A stretch of DNA of 44,759 nt. It comes from a virus. Position 1 is the stretch's first letter; each line of letters begins with the position of its first letter. Below, piece after piece: positions 1-9,111 of this stretch. The stretch lies in IMG/VR virus record IMGVR_UViG_3300032030_000143. One strand, written 5' to 3'. A model generated the notes under the pieces. That model made no database searches. It was given only the letters and a program-made list of their open reading frames with translations, and had not been told where the DNA came from. A program made the translations under genes and the position numbers.

Positions 1-23
1 GAAACAGAAAAGGAGATAAAAAA

Positions 24-176
24 ATGCTTTGGAATGATATGACCGTAGAAGAACAGATCGAGTGCTGGGAAGGCTATTGCAGTGAGTTTATCGCAGAGTA
101 TGGCGATGATACCACCCCTATGAGCTTTGATGATTTCGATGAAGAGTGGAGAGGATTCTACTACTACGCGTATTAA
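24..176 (+). CDS. small hypothetical protein (50 aa)
   Basis: GGAGAT RBS 7 nt upstream of ATG; open 51 codons ending TAA; below the ORF-track size cutoff. Confidence 0.5.
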   Translation: MLWNDMTVEEQIECWEGYCSEFIAEYGDDTTPMSFDDFDEEWRGFYYYAY

Positions 177-243
177 AAAAGGGGCTTGACAAGACACCGC
201 TTTTATGATACAATACCAGTAGAAACAGAAAAGGAGAAAAAAA

Positions 244-363
244 ATGATGTATGACATTTATCCCTGCGATCTCGACCCCTTCGGCGAATGCCCGAAGCGC
301 TGTCAGGATTGCGCCCATTGTGTGGGCTGGTTCATGGATGAACCAGAGGATGAAGAAAATTAA
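244..363 (+). CDS. small Cys-rich hypothetical protein (39 aa)
   Basis: TTGACA/TACAAT promoter at 186-212; AAGGAGA RBS; ATG..TAA; contains CxxC motifs. Confidence 0.5.
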   Translation: MMYDIYPCDLDPFGECPKRCQDCAHCVGWFMDEPEDEEN

Positions 364-495
364 AAAAGGGGCTTGACAAATACAGCCCACTATGCTATAA
401 TAAAGACACAATGAAGGAGATGAAAACAATGAAAGCACGACCGCCGCCCGCAAGGGTATGAGATTGGATTACTAATAAATTAGATAGTAATGTAT

Positions 496-650
496 AGGAG
501 AATAAACTAATGAATAGAATTAGAGATGAGACGAAAACCTTTTAAGGTTTTCTAATAGATAGTATAGAACAGAAAGATAATAGAAAATGAGGAAAAACTA
601 ATGAATAGAATTAGAGACGAGACCAAAACCTTTTAAGGTTTTCGATGAAT
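496..650 (+). repeat. tandem duplication of an RBS + 11-codon micro-ORF (MNRIRDETKTF) + hairpin unit
   Basis: Two roughly 91-bp copies (about 92% identical); each has AGGAGAAT/GAGGAAAA, ATG, then TAA inside the loop of an AAAACCTT/AAGGTTTT hairpin. Confidence 0.5.
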
Positions 651-693
651 AGAGTAGAATGATAGTAATAAAATAGAAATGTGCATCAAGGGA

Positions 694-737
694 CTGCTTG
701 ACTCGGTTGGAGGATGGAAGTAGTCAAGCAGTTTTTG
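694..737 (+). terminator. rho-independent terminator
   Basis: 10-bp stem CTGCTTGACT/AGTCAAGCAG followed by TTTTTG. Confidence 0.6.
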
Positions 738-860
738 CCCTTGGATGGGCCTCTAATCGGGTAGGCCATTAGCTATGGAGATTAGCCTACGATCACAAAG
801 CAATGCCGATGGGGGTCAATCCAAGGGCAAAAAATTTTTCAAGAAATTTTGAAAAACCCC

Positions 861-889
861 TTGACAAATGCCCGGGCATTTGCTATAAT
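861..889 (+). promoter_or_regulatory. consensus sigma70-type promoter (TTGACA-17-TGCTATAAT) with palindrome AAATGCCCGGGCATTT filling the spacer
   Basis: Exact -35 and extended -10 elements; same design at 1877-1915. Confidence 0.6.
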
Positions 890-923
890 ACAATCACAAA
901 GAGAAAACAAGGAGGAAAACAAA

Positions 924-1037
924 ATGATGAATAGTGATTACTGGGAAGTCCACGAGGCCGAATGGCTCGCCGCTCAGGAGTGCATGGAATGGCTCCTGTT
1001 TGAGGCCGATATGGCTACTGACCCCTACCGGGATTAA
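924..1037 (+). CDS. small hypothetical protein (37 aa)
   Basis: Start at second in-frame ATG after AAGGAGG RBS. The track ORF start at 849 would include the promoter itself. Confidence 0.5.
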   Translation: MMNSDYWEVHEAEWLAAQECMEWLLFEADMATDPYRD

Positions 1038-1116
1038 AACCCGGTAGGGAGAAAATACTTGACAAGTCCAAAAGTGTATGATATAATTAAGGCACGAAAA
1101 CAAAGGAGATAAAAAA

Positions 1117-1428
1117 ATGAGAACTTGTAAAAATTGCGGTTGCTATCTTCCCGATAATTGGATTACTTGCCCCGCATGTTTTACCAATATAAATGAACAG
1201 CAAGAAACAAAAAAGGTGGTTTATAAAGAGACTAAACCGCGCTTTACTGTTTGTCGTGTTGACCTCTATCTTAAAAATAATACTAAATCTTCTAACCTTT
1301 TTGCTTCCTATGATAACGCTGTTAAATTTGCCCATCACATGGCCTGCCGTGCTGATGCTGCTGTCGTTGTTGTAACTGATGTCCCCAGTGGGAAAATAAT
1401 TGAAAAATTTTCTCGTAAAGGGTATTGA
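1117..1428 (+). CDS. zinc-ribbon hypothetical protein
   Basis: ORF track; promoter at 1058-1088; AAGGAGAT RBS; N-terminal CxxC..CxxC. Confidence 0.7.
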   Translation: MRTCKNCGCYLPDNWITCPACFTNINEQQETKKVVYKETKPRFTVCRVDLYLKNNTKSSNLFASYDNAVKFAHHMACRADAAVVVVTDVPSGKIIEKFSRKGY

Positions 1429-1485
1429 CAAATCTAAAATTGTATGGTATAATGTAGTTACAAAAGGAAAAAGGAGATAAGAAAA

Positions 1486-1626
1486 ATGTACGAATACGAA
1501 ATCCGCTATCTGGCAACTGGTGAGACTGATTTCCTGTATGGATATTCTCGTCAGGATTTAGCAAGACGCTATCCCGAAATCCCGACCAATACTTATGTCA
1601 TCGTCTACCGCGAGTACATCGACTGA
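1486..1626 (+). CDS. small hypothetical protein (46 aa)
   Basis: TTGACA..TATAAT promoter at 1426-1452; AAGGAGAT RBS; ATG..TGA. Confidence 0.5.
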   Translation: MYEYEIRYLATGETDFLYGYSRQDLARRYPEIPTNTYVIVYREYID

Positions 1627-1942
1627 TTACTCGCGGTTTTCTATTCATTTTTTTAGAATGGTTATGCATTGTATAAGCATACATTATAAATGAATTTTAT
1701 ACGGGCCATTTTTGGCGCGCCGCTCCTGGTCGATGCGGCGCGTTTTTCGCTGTAATAATTATGCCACAATTTTGTCATCAATTTGTAATACATTCGCGCA
1801 AACAGGCAAAGTCCCGAAATGAATAATTATACAATGAATAATGAATAAAAATTCAAAAAAAAAATAAAAAAAAGTGTTGACAAATGCCCGGGCATCTGCT
1901 ATAATCATAGACAGAAAGGGACAAGAAAAGGAGATAAAGAAA

Positions 1943-2377
1943 ATGTACGCTATCACCTATACTAATATTGTTCACTGCAAAAAGTCCGGCGATACCGCCC
2001 AGCAGACCGCAAACTTCTATCACACTGGACGGACTGAAAGACACGATGATCGCCCGTGGTATGAGGGGAGCGACATTGCAGAAATCGCCGCAAGCGTCAA
2101 GTCTAATGGTTTCAGCCTTGCCGATGGCCGCACCAATCATGGTGACACGCTGGAAGAAAAATGGAACGACTTCCGCACTCGTACCGCTTCCAATCTCTTT
2201 ATTTATGTAACAAATGACTTTATCGGCTATTACATGACGATCGAAGAGTTCGAAGAGTTTGTAAAAATGTGGTGCTATGTTAGCACAGAATCCGCAAAAA
2301 ACGGTGGACGGTCTAAGATTAGATGCAAGCATGAGAGCCAAAAAATGCGGAATTGGTTAGCTCACAGGGCGGGATAA
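1943..2377 (+). CDS. hypothetical protein, paralog family A (144 aa)
   Basis: ORF track frame, start set at the ATG after the AAGGAGAT RBS; promoter at 1877-1915; paralogous to 4698-5153 (shared ...EFE.FVK..C... and C-terminal W.AH). Confidence 0.7.
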   Translation: MYAITYTNIVHCKKSGDTAQQTANFYHTGRTERHDDRPWYEGSDIAEIAASVKSNGFSLADGRTNHGDTLEEKWNDFRTRTASNLFIYVTNDFIGYYMTIEEFEEFVKMWCYVSTESAKNGGRSKIRCKHESQKMRNWLAHRAG

Positions 2378-2405
2378 AAAAACCCGCCCAAAATGAAAAA
2401 AAGTT

Positions 2406-2434
2406 CTTGACAAATCCGGATTTGTAGTGTATAA
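2406..2434 (+). promoter_or_regulatory. consensus promoter with palindrome CAAATCCGGATTTG in the spacer
   Basis: TTGACA-17-TATAAT; the palindrome fills the spacer; a near-copy lies at 2666-2694. Confidence 0.55.
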
Positions 2435-2485
2435 TCCTAAGTGTAAAGGGGTTAAGGAAAACCCCAAGAGAAAGGAGAAAAGACA

Positions 2486-2656
2486 ATGTTCTTTGAAATC
2501 GTTGAAATTACTGAAACTGCATGGGGCGATGACGATATTATTCGTGGCCGCTTTGATACTCTTGCCGAAGCCGAAGCTTTTATCGCTGAGACTTATGGCG
2601 ATGATGTGGACGATATTTATGTACAGGATTCCACTGGAGAAGTTGTCTGGGGCTGA
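2486..2656 (+). CDS. small acidic hypothetical protein (56 aa)
   Basis: Promoter at 2406-2434; AAGGAGAAAAG RBS; ATG..TGA. Confidence 0.5.
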   Translation: MFFEIVEITETAWGDDDIIRGRFDTLAEAEAFIAETYGDDVDDIYVQDSTGEVVWG

Positions 2657-2735
2657 AAAAAAGTTCTTGACAAATCAGGATTTGTAGTGTATAATCCTAA
2701 GTGTAAAGAAGAGATACGAAAGGAAGTAAAAAAAA

Positions 2736-2954
2736 ATGAAAAAGTTCGTTTATCAGGTTGCGGGTTTTGAATATGTTGGTTTTGAGGCTTTCGGCGACGC
2801 ATGGAAGCAGGCCAGAGCCAAGGCCACCGAACTTCACGCGGGCGTGTATCGTCTGGTTATCAAGGGCGAAATCGTCAAGCAGGAAGTGCTTGCAAATGGC
2901 GGCGTGTTCCTGTCCGTGGAACGCGTACAGCCTGAGCAGGTGCTCATCTTCTAA
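2736..2954 (+). CDS. hypothetical protein (72 aa)
   Basis: ORF track; near-identical promoter/leader to the preceding unit; hairpin plus T-run terminator at 2955-2985. Confidence 0.65.
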   Translation: MKKFVYQVAGFEYVGFEAFGDAWKQARAKATELHAGVYRLVIKGEIVKQEVLANGGVFLSVERVQPEQVLIF

Positions 2955-3320
2955 GGGACTTGAATAAAGTCCCATTTTTTTTGACTATTTATTCAATACA
3001 TAAATATTCATTCTGGATGAAACTTTATACGATTTTTTTGGCGCGCCGCTCCTGGTCGATGCGGCGCGTTCTCATTATAACACACGCGGCAGAAAAAGTC
3101 AATAGGCAAAATGCACAAAATTTTTGATGCTGGTAAATCCCGAAAATTCCTTTGTGCAAAGTGACGAATCGCTCAAAAATTGAAAAAAACTCTTGCAATC
3201 TGCGTTATAGTATGGTATTATAACAGTGTCAGGAGGGGTTGACTTGTCCCCCTCAAAACCGGCCCGGGCGGTCTCCGGGGATGCCGACACAAGGGCAATA
3301 AAAAAATGGAGGTACTGACT

Positions 3321-3437
3321 ATGTACGCTATCTGCACCACCCGCAATGGGTTCATCACCCGCCGCTATTATGGGGTTATTAATCCCGAGATGCTTTGCCG
3401 CCACTACGGCAAGGTCATCTTGACCAACGCCCTCTAA
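3321..3437 (+). CDS. small hypothetical protein (38 aa)
   Basis: GGAGG 8 nt upstream of ATG; sits behind a structured GC-rich leader. Confidence 0.35.
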   Translation: MYAICTTRNGFITRRYYGVINPEMLCRHYGKVILTNAL

Positions 3438-3562
3438 GGCGGTGAGCTCCCTTGAAATGATATACAGGGAGCAAAAAAGTTCTTGACAAGCTATAAAACA
3501 TCTGCTATAATCTTAAGTGTCAAAGGGGTTAAGAAAGCCCTTGATTGAAAGGAGAAAAGAAA

Positions 3563-3748
3563 ATGTCCTCTATCGCTGTCCGCTACATCGACCTGCTCAC
3601 TGGTATCATTAGCTCTGAGACCATGCGCCTGTGTGAGCTCCACCTGTTCCTCGAAGATGAAAACAACGGGGAAATCAAAATCCTTGAAATCGACCAGTCG
3701 TTCGATGGCTGGGAGACTATGGAAGTTATTTTCCAGCTCGACCAGTAA
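3563..3748 (+). CDS. hypothetical protein (61 aa)
   Basis: ORF track frame, start at the ATG after the AAGGAGAAAAG RBS; promoter at 3481-3510. Confidence 0.6.
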   Translation: MSSIAVRYIDLLTGIISSETMRLCELHLFLEDENNGEIKILEIDQSFDGWETMEVIFQLDQ

Positions 3749-3807
3749 AAAAAATTAAAAAAGGGGCTTGACAAACCCCTACAAATCTGATATAATCCAT
3801 AGTGTCA

Positions 3808-4320
3808 GGAGGGGTTGAGAAGATCCCCCACCCGACCCGGCGGTTCTCAAGGGTTCATCCTTAAAGCCCTTCCCCAATGGCGGTTCTACTGAAAAGCCCC
3901 GCCTCTGCCCTTCGGGGAATCCAAAGCTTACAGCTTGCGCAGGCGGCAAGACAATTCAGCCGCTGGTTATGGTTCCAGAGTCAACAAAAAAACCGCTCCC
4001 TCAGCCGAGTGACTGGCGTCGATACAGCCAGCGGGGGTTCGCTCCCCGAAATCCAAGCGACGCGCGGTATGCGAAATAATCCCCCTCCCCAGTGGGAAAA
4101 CTGGGGAAGCCCAAGGGTGTAGGCAGAATGAACAAAGGCCCACGAGAGCCGTGTAAGACCTACCAAGACCCAGAGGAGCCGCACGCCGAAGTCCTACTGT
4201 GCGGGATATAAATGTGCAGGCAACATGCGGGGAGCTTCTGGAACCCCCAGGCTGGTAGGATGGAAGCAACGGGATGGGAGTGGAAAGCCCGCCCCAAAAT
4301 GAATGGGTATTCATAAAAAT
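3808..4320 (+). ncRNA. candidate large structured non-coding RNA (about 500 nt, GC-rich, promoter-to-terminator unit)
   Basis: Strong promoter at 3767-3800; no RBS-linked ORF; GC-rich and hairpin-dense; long hairpin terminator at 4312-4356; the 5' end AGTGTCAGGAGGGGTTGA also opens the leader at 3223. Confidence 0.3.
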
Positions 4321-4419
4321 GAATTCCCATTCATTTTTATTATTATGCATCTTTATACATTAAAAGTATATAAAGATGCATTTTCGGCGGGCCGCTCTCA
4401 GCCGTTGCGGCCCGTTTTC

Positions 4420-4580
4420 GCTTTAACACGCTAAAGTGATAAATTGTTAGCGATTTAGCGCGCTAAAGTGCTACTGCGCTAAATCCCTAAACCTACTGGG
4501 GTAATAGACTTTAACACGCTAAAGTGCTAACGCATTAAATTATTAAATATCACGATTTAACGCATTAAAGTGTAAAAGAT
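4420..4580. repeat. cluster of ACGCTAAAGTG-type direct and inverted repeats
   Basis: TTTAACACGCTAAAGTG twice, plus GCGCTAAAGTGC, CGCATTAAAGTG and inverted CGCTAAAT/ATTTAGCG; related copies at 27930-27965. Confidence 0.5.
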
Positions 4581-4697
4581 TACAAATATATGACAAAAAA
4601 ATTTCTAAAATTGACACTTGACTTTTGCCCGTGGTGGTGTTATACTATACTTGTTCCGGAAAGGAAGAAAGAAAAGTTACAAAGGAGTTACAGAATT

Positions 4698-5153
4698 ATG
4701 ACAACCATGTGCGTTCCTGACGTGTTCCCCACTATCAAGAATAAGGGTATCCGCGCGCAGGCTAATATGACCGCCGCTTGCGGACAAAAGTACCTTGCCC
4801 ATGACGGCAAGGCATATAGCCATGCCTCTGATATCGAGTATATGGGCTATCATATCAGCGTTAAGGCGTACCACTTCACCCTTATGAGCGGTACGCTGTG
4901 TGAAGGCAAAGACACTATTAACGACATATGGGATGTATATGCTCGCACCACCCACAGCGACCGCTTCGCATATGTCCTCGGTGAGACAGCATATATCATG
5001 AATATCGTTGAATTTGAGAAGTTTGTCAAGCTGTTCTGTGAGATTGAGCGTGAAAGCAATCACAGCGACAGACAGCACACTGGTAGCTTCAAGGTTCGTG
5101 CCAAGCGTTGCGAAGGCAATATGGCGAAGTGGTTCGCCCATATGATGGCCTAA
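4698..5153 (+). CDS. hypothetical protein, paralog family A (151 aa)
   Basis: ORF track frame, start at the ATG after the AAAGGAG RBS; promoter TTGACT..TGTTATACT at 4612-4645. Confidence 0.7.
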   Translation: MTTMCVPDVFPTIKNKGIRAQANMTAACGQKYLAHDGKAYSHASDIEYMGYHISVKAYHFTLMSGTLCEGKDTINDIWDVYARTTHSDRFAYVLGETAYIMNIVEFEKFVKLFCEIERESNHSDRQHTGSFKVRAKRCEGNMAKWFAHMMA

Positions 5154-5278
5154 TCCATATGCCCGGGCGGCAACATATACAAAGCCGCCCGCTCTAATTT
5201 GTGCAATATGCCGACTTGACAAATATAAAAAAATTTGGTAAAATATATTCACAAAGATAAAGAAAGGAATTGATACAA

Positions 5279-5713
5279 ATGACGATTTGGTTTGATATGG
5301 ACGGTACTCTGGCTGACCTCTATGGTGTAGAAAATTGGCTCCCGATGCTTCGAGCAAGCGATCCTACCCCCTATATGGTCGCACGTCCTCTTGTAAACCT
5401 GTCAGCGCTGGCTCGTGTCCTTAATCGGCTCCAGCGTGAGGGGTATGAAATCGGCGTGATTAGCTGGACTTCCAAGACTGGCACCCCTGATTATAACGCC
5501 GCTGTGACTGCCGCCAAATATGCGTGGCTGTCCAAGCACCTGCCGTCTGTGGATTTTGATGAAATCCATGTTGTCCCCTATGGCACTCCCAAACAGGTCT
5601 TCGCCCATTCTGACAACGATATTTTGTTCGATGATGAAGCAAAAAATCGTGAAAATTGGACTGGACTGGCTCTGGATGTTACCGATATTATCGGTGCTTT
5701 GAAAGCCCTCTAA
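5279..5713 (+). CDS. HAD-superfamily 5'(3')-deoxyribonucleotidase-like phosphatase
   Basis: N-terminal FDMDGTLAD, the DxDGT motif of the HAD family and NT5C-like nucleotidases; promoter at 5217-5250; ORF track. Confidence 0.65.
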   Translation: MTIWFDMDGTLADLYGVENWLPMLRASDPTPYMVARPLVNLSALARVLNRLQREGYEIGVISWTSKTGTPDYNAAVTAAKYAWLSKHLPSVDFDEIHVVPYGTPKQVFAHSDNDILFDDEAKNRENWTGLALDVTDIIGALKAL

Positions 5714-5817
5714 AGGGGCTTCAAAGCCCGGGCGCTCGTCCTATTTTTGTGCATTTTACCTAATTGACAAATTCCAAAAGCAAGAGTATAATAGGTGTAC
5801 AGAAAGGGGATAGAGCA

Positions 5818-6177
5818 ATGGACAAAGAAAAGCAGATTCTGAATTACATGCAGAAACTCAATCTCACCAGTGAAGAAGCTGAACAGCTCTATAAAGATGA
5901 AGAAGAAGACAATCTTCCCGAACTGACAGCCGACCAGAAGAAAGTCGAAAAAGAAATGCGGCAGGCTGATCGCAAAAAGGAAACCACTCCACGCAAGCGG
6001 GAACGCAAACCGGACGAAGATAAGCGTTTTCTTATTGGGATGCTTCAAGAATTTATCGAAAATCCGAATGGGATTTATTCTCCTGCGAAAATCGTAAATC
6101 CTGAACGCGAAATTGAGTTGAAATATAATGGTAATTGCTACCGCCTTGTGCTAATAAAACCGAGAAAGGAAAAATAA
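5818..6177 (+). CDS. hypothetical basic/acidic protein (119 aa), paralog of 22483-22899
   Basis: ORF track frame from the ATG after a GGGGA RBS; promoter at 5764-5795; shares the KRERKP motif with the paralog. Confidence 0.65.
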   Translation: MDKEKQILNYMQKLNLTSEEAEQLYKDEEEDNLPELTADQKKVEKEMRQADRKKETTPRKRERKPDEDKRFLIGMLQEFIENPNGIYSPAKIVNPEREIELKYNGNCYRLVLIKPRKEK

Positions 6178-6179
6178 AA

Positions 6180-6446
6180 ATGAAAGTTGTTGAAGTAAGT
6201 AAAAAAGTTAGAGAAGTGCCGCTTTCTTCGCTAAAATTAGGAGATACATTCATTTTTGATTCGAGAATTGGCATGGTTGCTTCCCGCAATGGGCATGATT
6301 TTCCGTTGGATTTAGTTTTGGGTCGAGAATTCTGTTTGCCCTTTGAGGGAAGAGAATGGATACCCCATGATAGCCCAGCTATGCTCTCTCCTTCTACAAT
6401 GGTAATCCCTGTTGATTGCGAATTACAGTATCGGCTTAAATATTAA
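6180..6446 (+). CDS. hypothetical protein (88 aa)
   Basis: Translationally coupled to the upstream gene; GAAAGGA RBS; terminator hairpin at 6431-6457. Confidence 0.65.
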   Translation: MKVVEVSKKVREVPLSSLKLGDTFIFDSRIGMVASRNGHDFPLDLVLGREFCLPFEGREWIPHDSPAMLSPSTMVIPVDCELQYRLKY

Positions 6447-6563
6447 GCCGATACATTATTTAATAAATAAAAAGTTAACATAATAAAGTTTTCACTTCAT
6501 TATTGACAAAGCCATTCTTTTATGTTATAATTAAGATGTTCCAAAAGAAAGGAGTTTTAAAAA

Positions 6564-6638
6564 ATGACCACTTGGCTGTTAGGAATTGCGGGCGGAGTTG
6601 TTTTTATTCTTCTTTATATGTGGCTGGGCGATAAGTAA
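6564..6638 (+). CDS. small hydrophobic peptide (24 aa)
   Basis: Promoter at 6503-6535; AAAGGAG RBS; a single transmembrane-like peptide. Confidence 0.35.
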   Translation: MTTWLLGIAGGVVFILLYMWLGDK

Positions 6639-6989
6639 GCTCAGCCTAACCGCCCGGGCGATTTGTTAAGAAATTATCAAATGATTTTTTAAAATATCCT
6701 CTTGACATTTCGCAAAACATTTGTTATACTATAATTGTTCCAAGGGAAAGCGAAGAGAAGCGAGAAGCCCAAAGAAGCCGGCAAAACGGGTGATGCAGTC
6801 GCCATACCACTACCCTATGGGATCAAGGGGGATTCTCTTGAATCGCGAGTCAAGCGGAGAGAGGGAAGAATGTTCCCGCCGATAAAAAGAAACCCCCTTG
6901 CTTTTTGAAATGAAATTCAAAATACCCTCTTGACAAAACTTAAAAAGTATGCTATAATAAATACAGAAAGTAAGAAAACAATTAAATAT

Positions 6990-7076
6990 GCGGGTATGGT
7001 GGAATAGGCAGACACCACAGACTTAAAATCTGTTGGCCGTAAGGCCGTGCCGGTTCAAGTCCGGCTACCCGCACCA
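6990..7076 (+). tRNA. tRNA-Leu (anticodon UAA), CCA encoded
   Basis: Cloverleaf with long variable arm; anticodon loop CTTAAAA; resembles E. coli leuZ; own promoter at 6935-6965. Confidence 0.85.
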
Positions 7077-7329
7077 ATAACCTCCCATCTCCTTTCTTTC
7101 TCTCCTTTCTCTTTTCGTGCGGTTCCTACCCTATGGGTAGGAATTGCGCCCGGGCAAAAGATTGTTAAATAAATAACTTACATAAAAAGTATTGACTTTT
7201 AGAGAAAAAAGAGTATAATAATAATTGTCAAGAGGAAGGATATAGCCCAAAAAAATAAATGACCGCGTGGGTGTTTCGTGCGGGATATAAAAACTCTTGA
7301 CATAAAAAATAATATAAAGGTGATAAAAA

Positions 7330-7614
7330 ATGAATATTATTGGTGGAATCTGGCTTATGACGACAGTCTTAGCTTTTTCTCTGTTTGTTTCTGTACATCT
7401 TACAGCAAAAGAAAAATTCCAAAAAAGACATCCAACGGCGAAAATAGAAAAGAGTCTAATTGGAGAAAAAATCTATGGATGTTTAATGGTTTTTGTTCTT
7501 ACAACTATACCAATTATTAATCTTCTTACTTTATTCACTTTGGCGACTCAGTATGATGATATTGTAGAAGGTACGATTTCTAAGGTAGAAAATAAAATTA
7601 TTTCAGAAGAATAA
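7330..7614 (+). CDS. membrane protein (2 TM) hypothetical
   Basis: ORF track; RBS AAAGGTGAT; canonical terminator at 7614-7645. Confidence 0.7.
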   Translation: MNIIGGIWLMTTVLAFSLFVSVHLTAKEKFQKRHPTAKIEKSLIGEKIYGCLMVFVLTTIPIINLLTLFTLATQYDDIVEGTISKVENKIISEE

Positions 7615-7645
7615 GGACTTTTATTAGTCCTTATTCTTTTTTTGG
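7614..7645 (+). terminator. rho-independent terminator
   Basis: GGACTTTTATTAGTCC hairpin plus T-run. Confidence 0.7.
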
Positions 7646-7710
7646 TTGAAAATTTTAAAAAAAAATTATATAATTATTATAGAAAATTAAAGAAAAGGAA
7701 TTGATAAAAA

Positions 7711-7962
7711 ATGATTGTTGCTAATAAGGAACTTAATAAGGAATTTAATGCTCACATTGATAATCTTGTGGCAAAGTGCCCGGGCGATAAGACCAAGGCT
7801 GAACTTTTCCATGAGTTTATGGCTAATGAAATGTTTAATTGTTCGGTTAATGAGAACTATTTTTATGAATTTACTCTTGCTTTTGAAGAGTTTCTATATT
7901 TTGCTTATCGAATGGATCCTGCGAATTTTAAGTATTTTGATTTGGATAGATTTTATTTTTAA
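7711..7962 (+). CDS. hypothetical protein (83 aa)
   Basis: ORF track; class II AT-rich promoter at 7646-7690; AAAGGAA RBS. Confidence 0.65.
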   Translation: MIVANKELNKEFNAHIDNLVAKCPGDKTKAELFHEFMANEMFNCSVNENYFYEFTLAFEEFLYFAYRMDPANFKYFDLDRFYF

Positions 7963-8020
7963 TTTCCTATTGACAAATGTCTTTCAAGATGTTATACTAT
8001 AACTGTCAGGAGGGATATTG

Positions 8021-8281
8021 ATGGAATTAAAAGAAATGATTCAAAAGCTTGCCAATGCACTTGATAAAGAAAGTGATTATTGGTGTAATTTTGCGGTAGC
8101 GAATACCACCAATCCGAATAAAATGATGTATGGTGCGGCGGTTGGTCGAGGAGCAACATACACTGAGGTTGCAATGTTGCTTAAGTTTATCCTTAATAAT
8201 GATACCGATAAATTTGAAGATTTTCTGGCTTCTTATAACGATATTAAAGAAAAATATCAGAAATTAGATGAAGGGAGATAA
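8021..8281 (+). CDS. hypothetical protein (86 aa)
   Basis: ORF track (ATG at 8021 after AGGAGGG); promoter at 7969-8003. Confidence 0.65.
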   Translation: MELKEMIQKLANALDKESDYWCNFAVANTTNPNKMMYGAAVGRGATYTEVAMLLKFILNNDTDKFEDFLASYNDIKEKYQKLDEGR

Positions 8282-8286
8282 TAAAA

Positions 8287-8616
8287 ATGGATATTAGAAA
8301 CATGCCTGCCAAAGCGGCTTATTACGAATTTGTCGTAGCAGTTCCTAATGCTGACCACTACACTTTTCTCGGTATGTATGCCGATGGGCATCAGGCCGAA
8401 AGAACTGCTCTTGAATACGGTGGGATTGTGATTCACAATGTGCGTGTTCATGGCTATCAGCCGCCTAAGTCTGAAAAAAAGTATTATACTTTTAGTGGCT
8501 CTTGGTCTTGGGGATGCTGGGCTACTGACATAGAAGATGCTGAAAAGCAATTTTCTGAGGCCTACGACGAAGAGATAGACATTGACTATGAGCATAAAAT
8601 TGAGGTAGATGAATAA
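8287..8616 (+). CDS. hypothetical acidic protein (109 aa)
   Basis: ORF track; GGGAGAT RBS; coupled to the upstream gene. Confidence 0.65.
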   Translation: MDIRNMPAKAAYYEFVVAVPNADHYTFLGMYADGHQAERTALEYGGIVIHNVRVHGYQPPKSEKKYYTFSGSWSWGCWATDIEDAEKQFSEAYDEEIDIDYEHKIEVDE

Positions 8617-9111
8617 TCTACCTTGATTGCCCGGGCGCGCGTTCACAAAAAGTTCATAATTTTTCGGCAAATACCTATTGACATTCGTGCACTTATCTGT
8701 TATACTATAATTGTTCCAAGGGAGTGGCCATCTACTGAGGAACTTTGAAGGGAAGCCAACATCATCCCTCCGAGTACTAAATAATGTGTGTTGATGACGT
8801 TGAGAATATCGTCCAATCGGAGACGAACCCCATTTCAAGAAGATAATGGGAAAGTAAATGTTCGATTGACCTTTAGTTTTATGGTTAAAGGTGGATATTC
8901 CTTGGGGTGACAGGTTTTGGTTTCCAAAAAAGGAAAACGAAAATAGATAGGAACCCTAAAAAATCCAAGGTAAAGTCTTTAAGTCCCACATTAGTAGGAT
9001 AACCAAGAGCGATGAATAATGGCCGCTTAAAGAAAACACTTTAAAAAGACTTGACAACATCCAAAAGGTATGCTATAATAAATACAGAAATAAGGAAAAG
9101 GAGAAGGTAAA

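Noticed and set aside
429-461. 10-codon ORF (MKARPPPARV) after the promoter at 373-401
   Set aside because: Too short and without a terminator or any conservation to call. Noted only as a possible leader peptide.
849-923. ORF-track start at 849 for gene 924-1037 (and similar long N-extensions of 1874, 3545, 4590, 10496, 13501 and 14124)
   Set aside because: The extension would translate the promoter itself. A strong RBS sits before a downstream in-frame ATG.
3808-4320. Identification of the GC-rich RNA candidate as RNase P RNA, tmRNA or 6S RNA
   Set aside because: I could not find the conserved core motifs of these families by eye (for example GGAAAGUCCGG / ACAGAACCCGGCUUA for RNase P, or tRNA-like ends for tmRNA). 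Left as unclassified.
3877-4350. Track ORFs 3877-4122 (+), 3967-4350 (-) and 3981-4184 (-) as protein-coding genes
   Set aside because: They overlap one another on both strands, have no RBS, and give low-complexity products. They lie in a GC-rich hairpin-dense block bounded by a promoter and a terminator. Treated as a candidate ncRNA instead.
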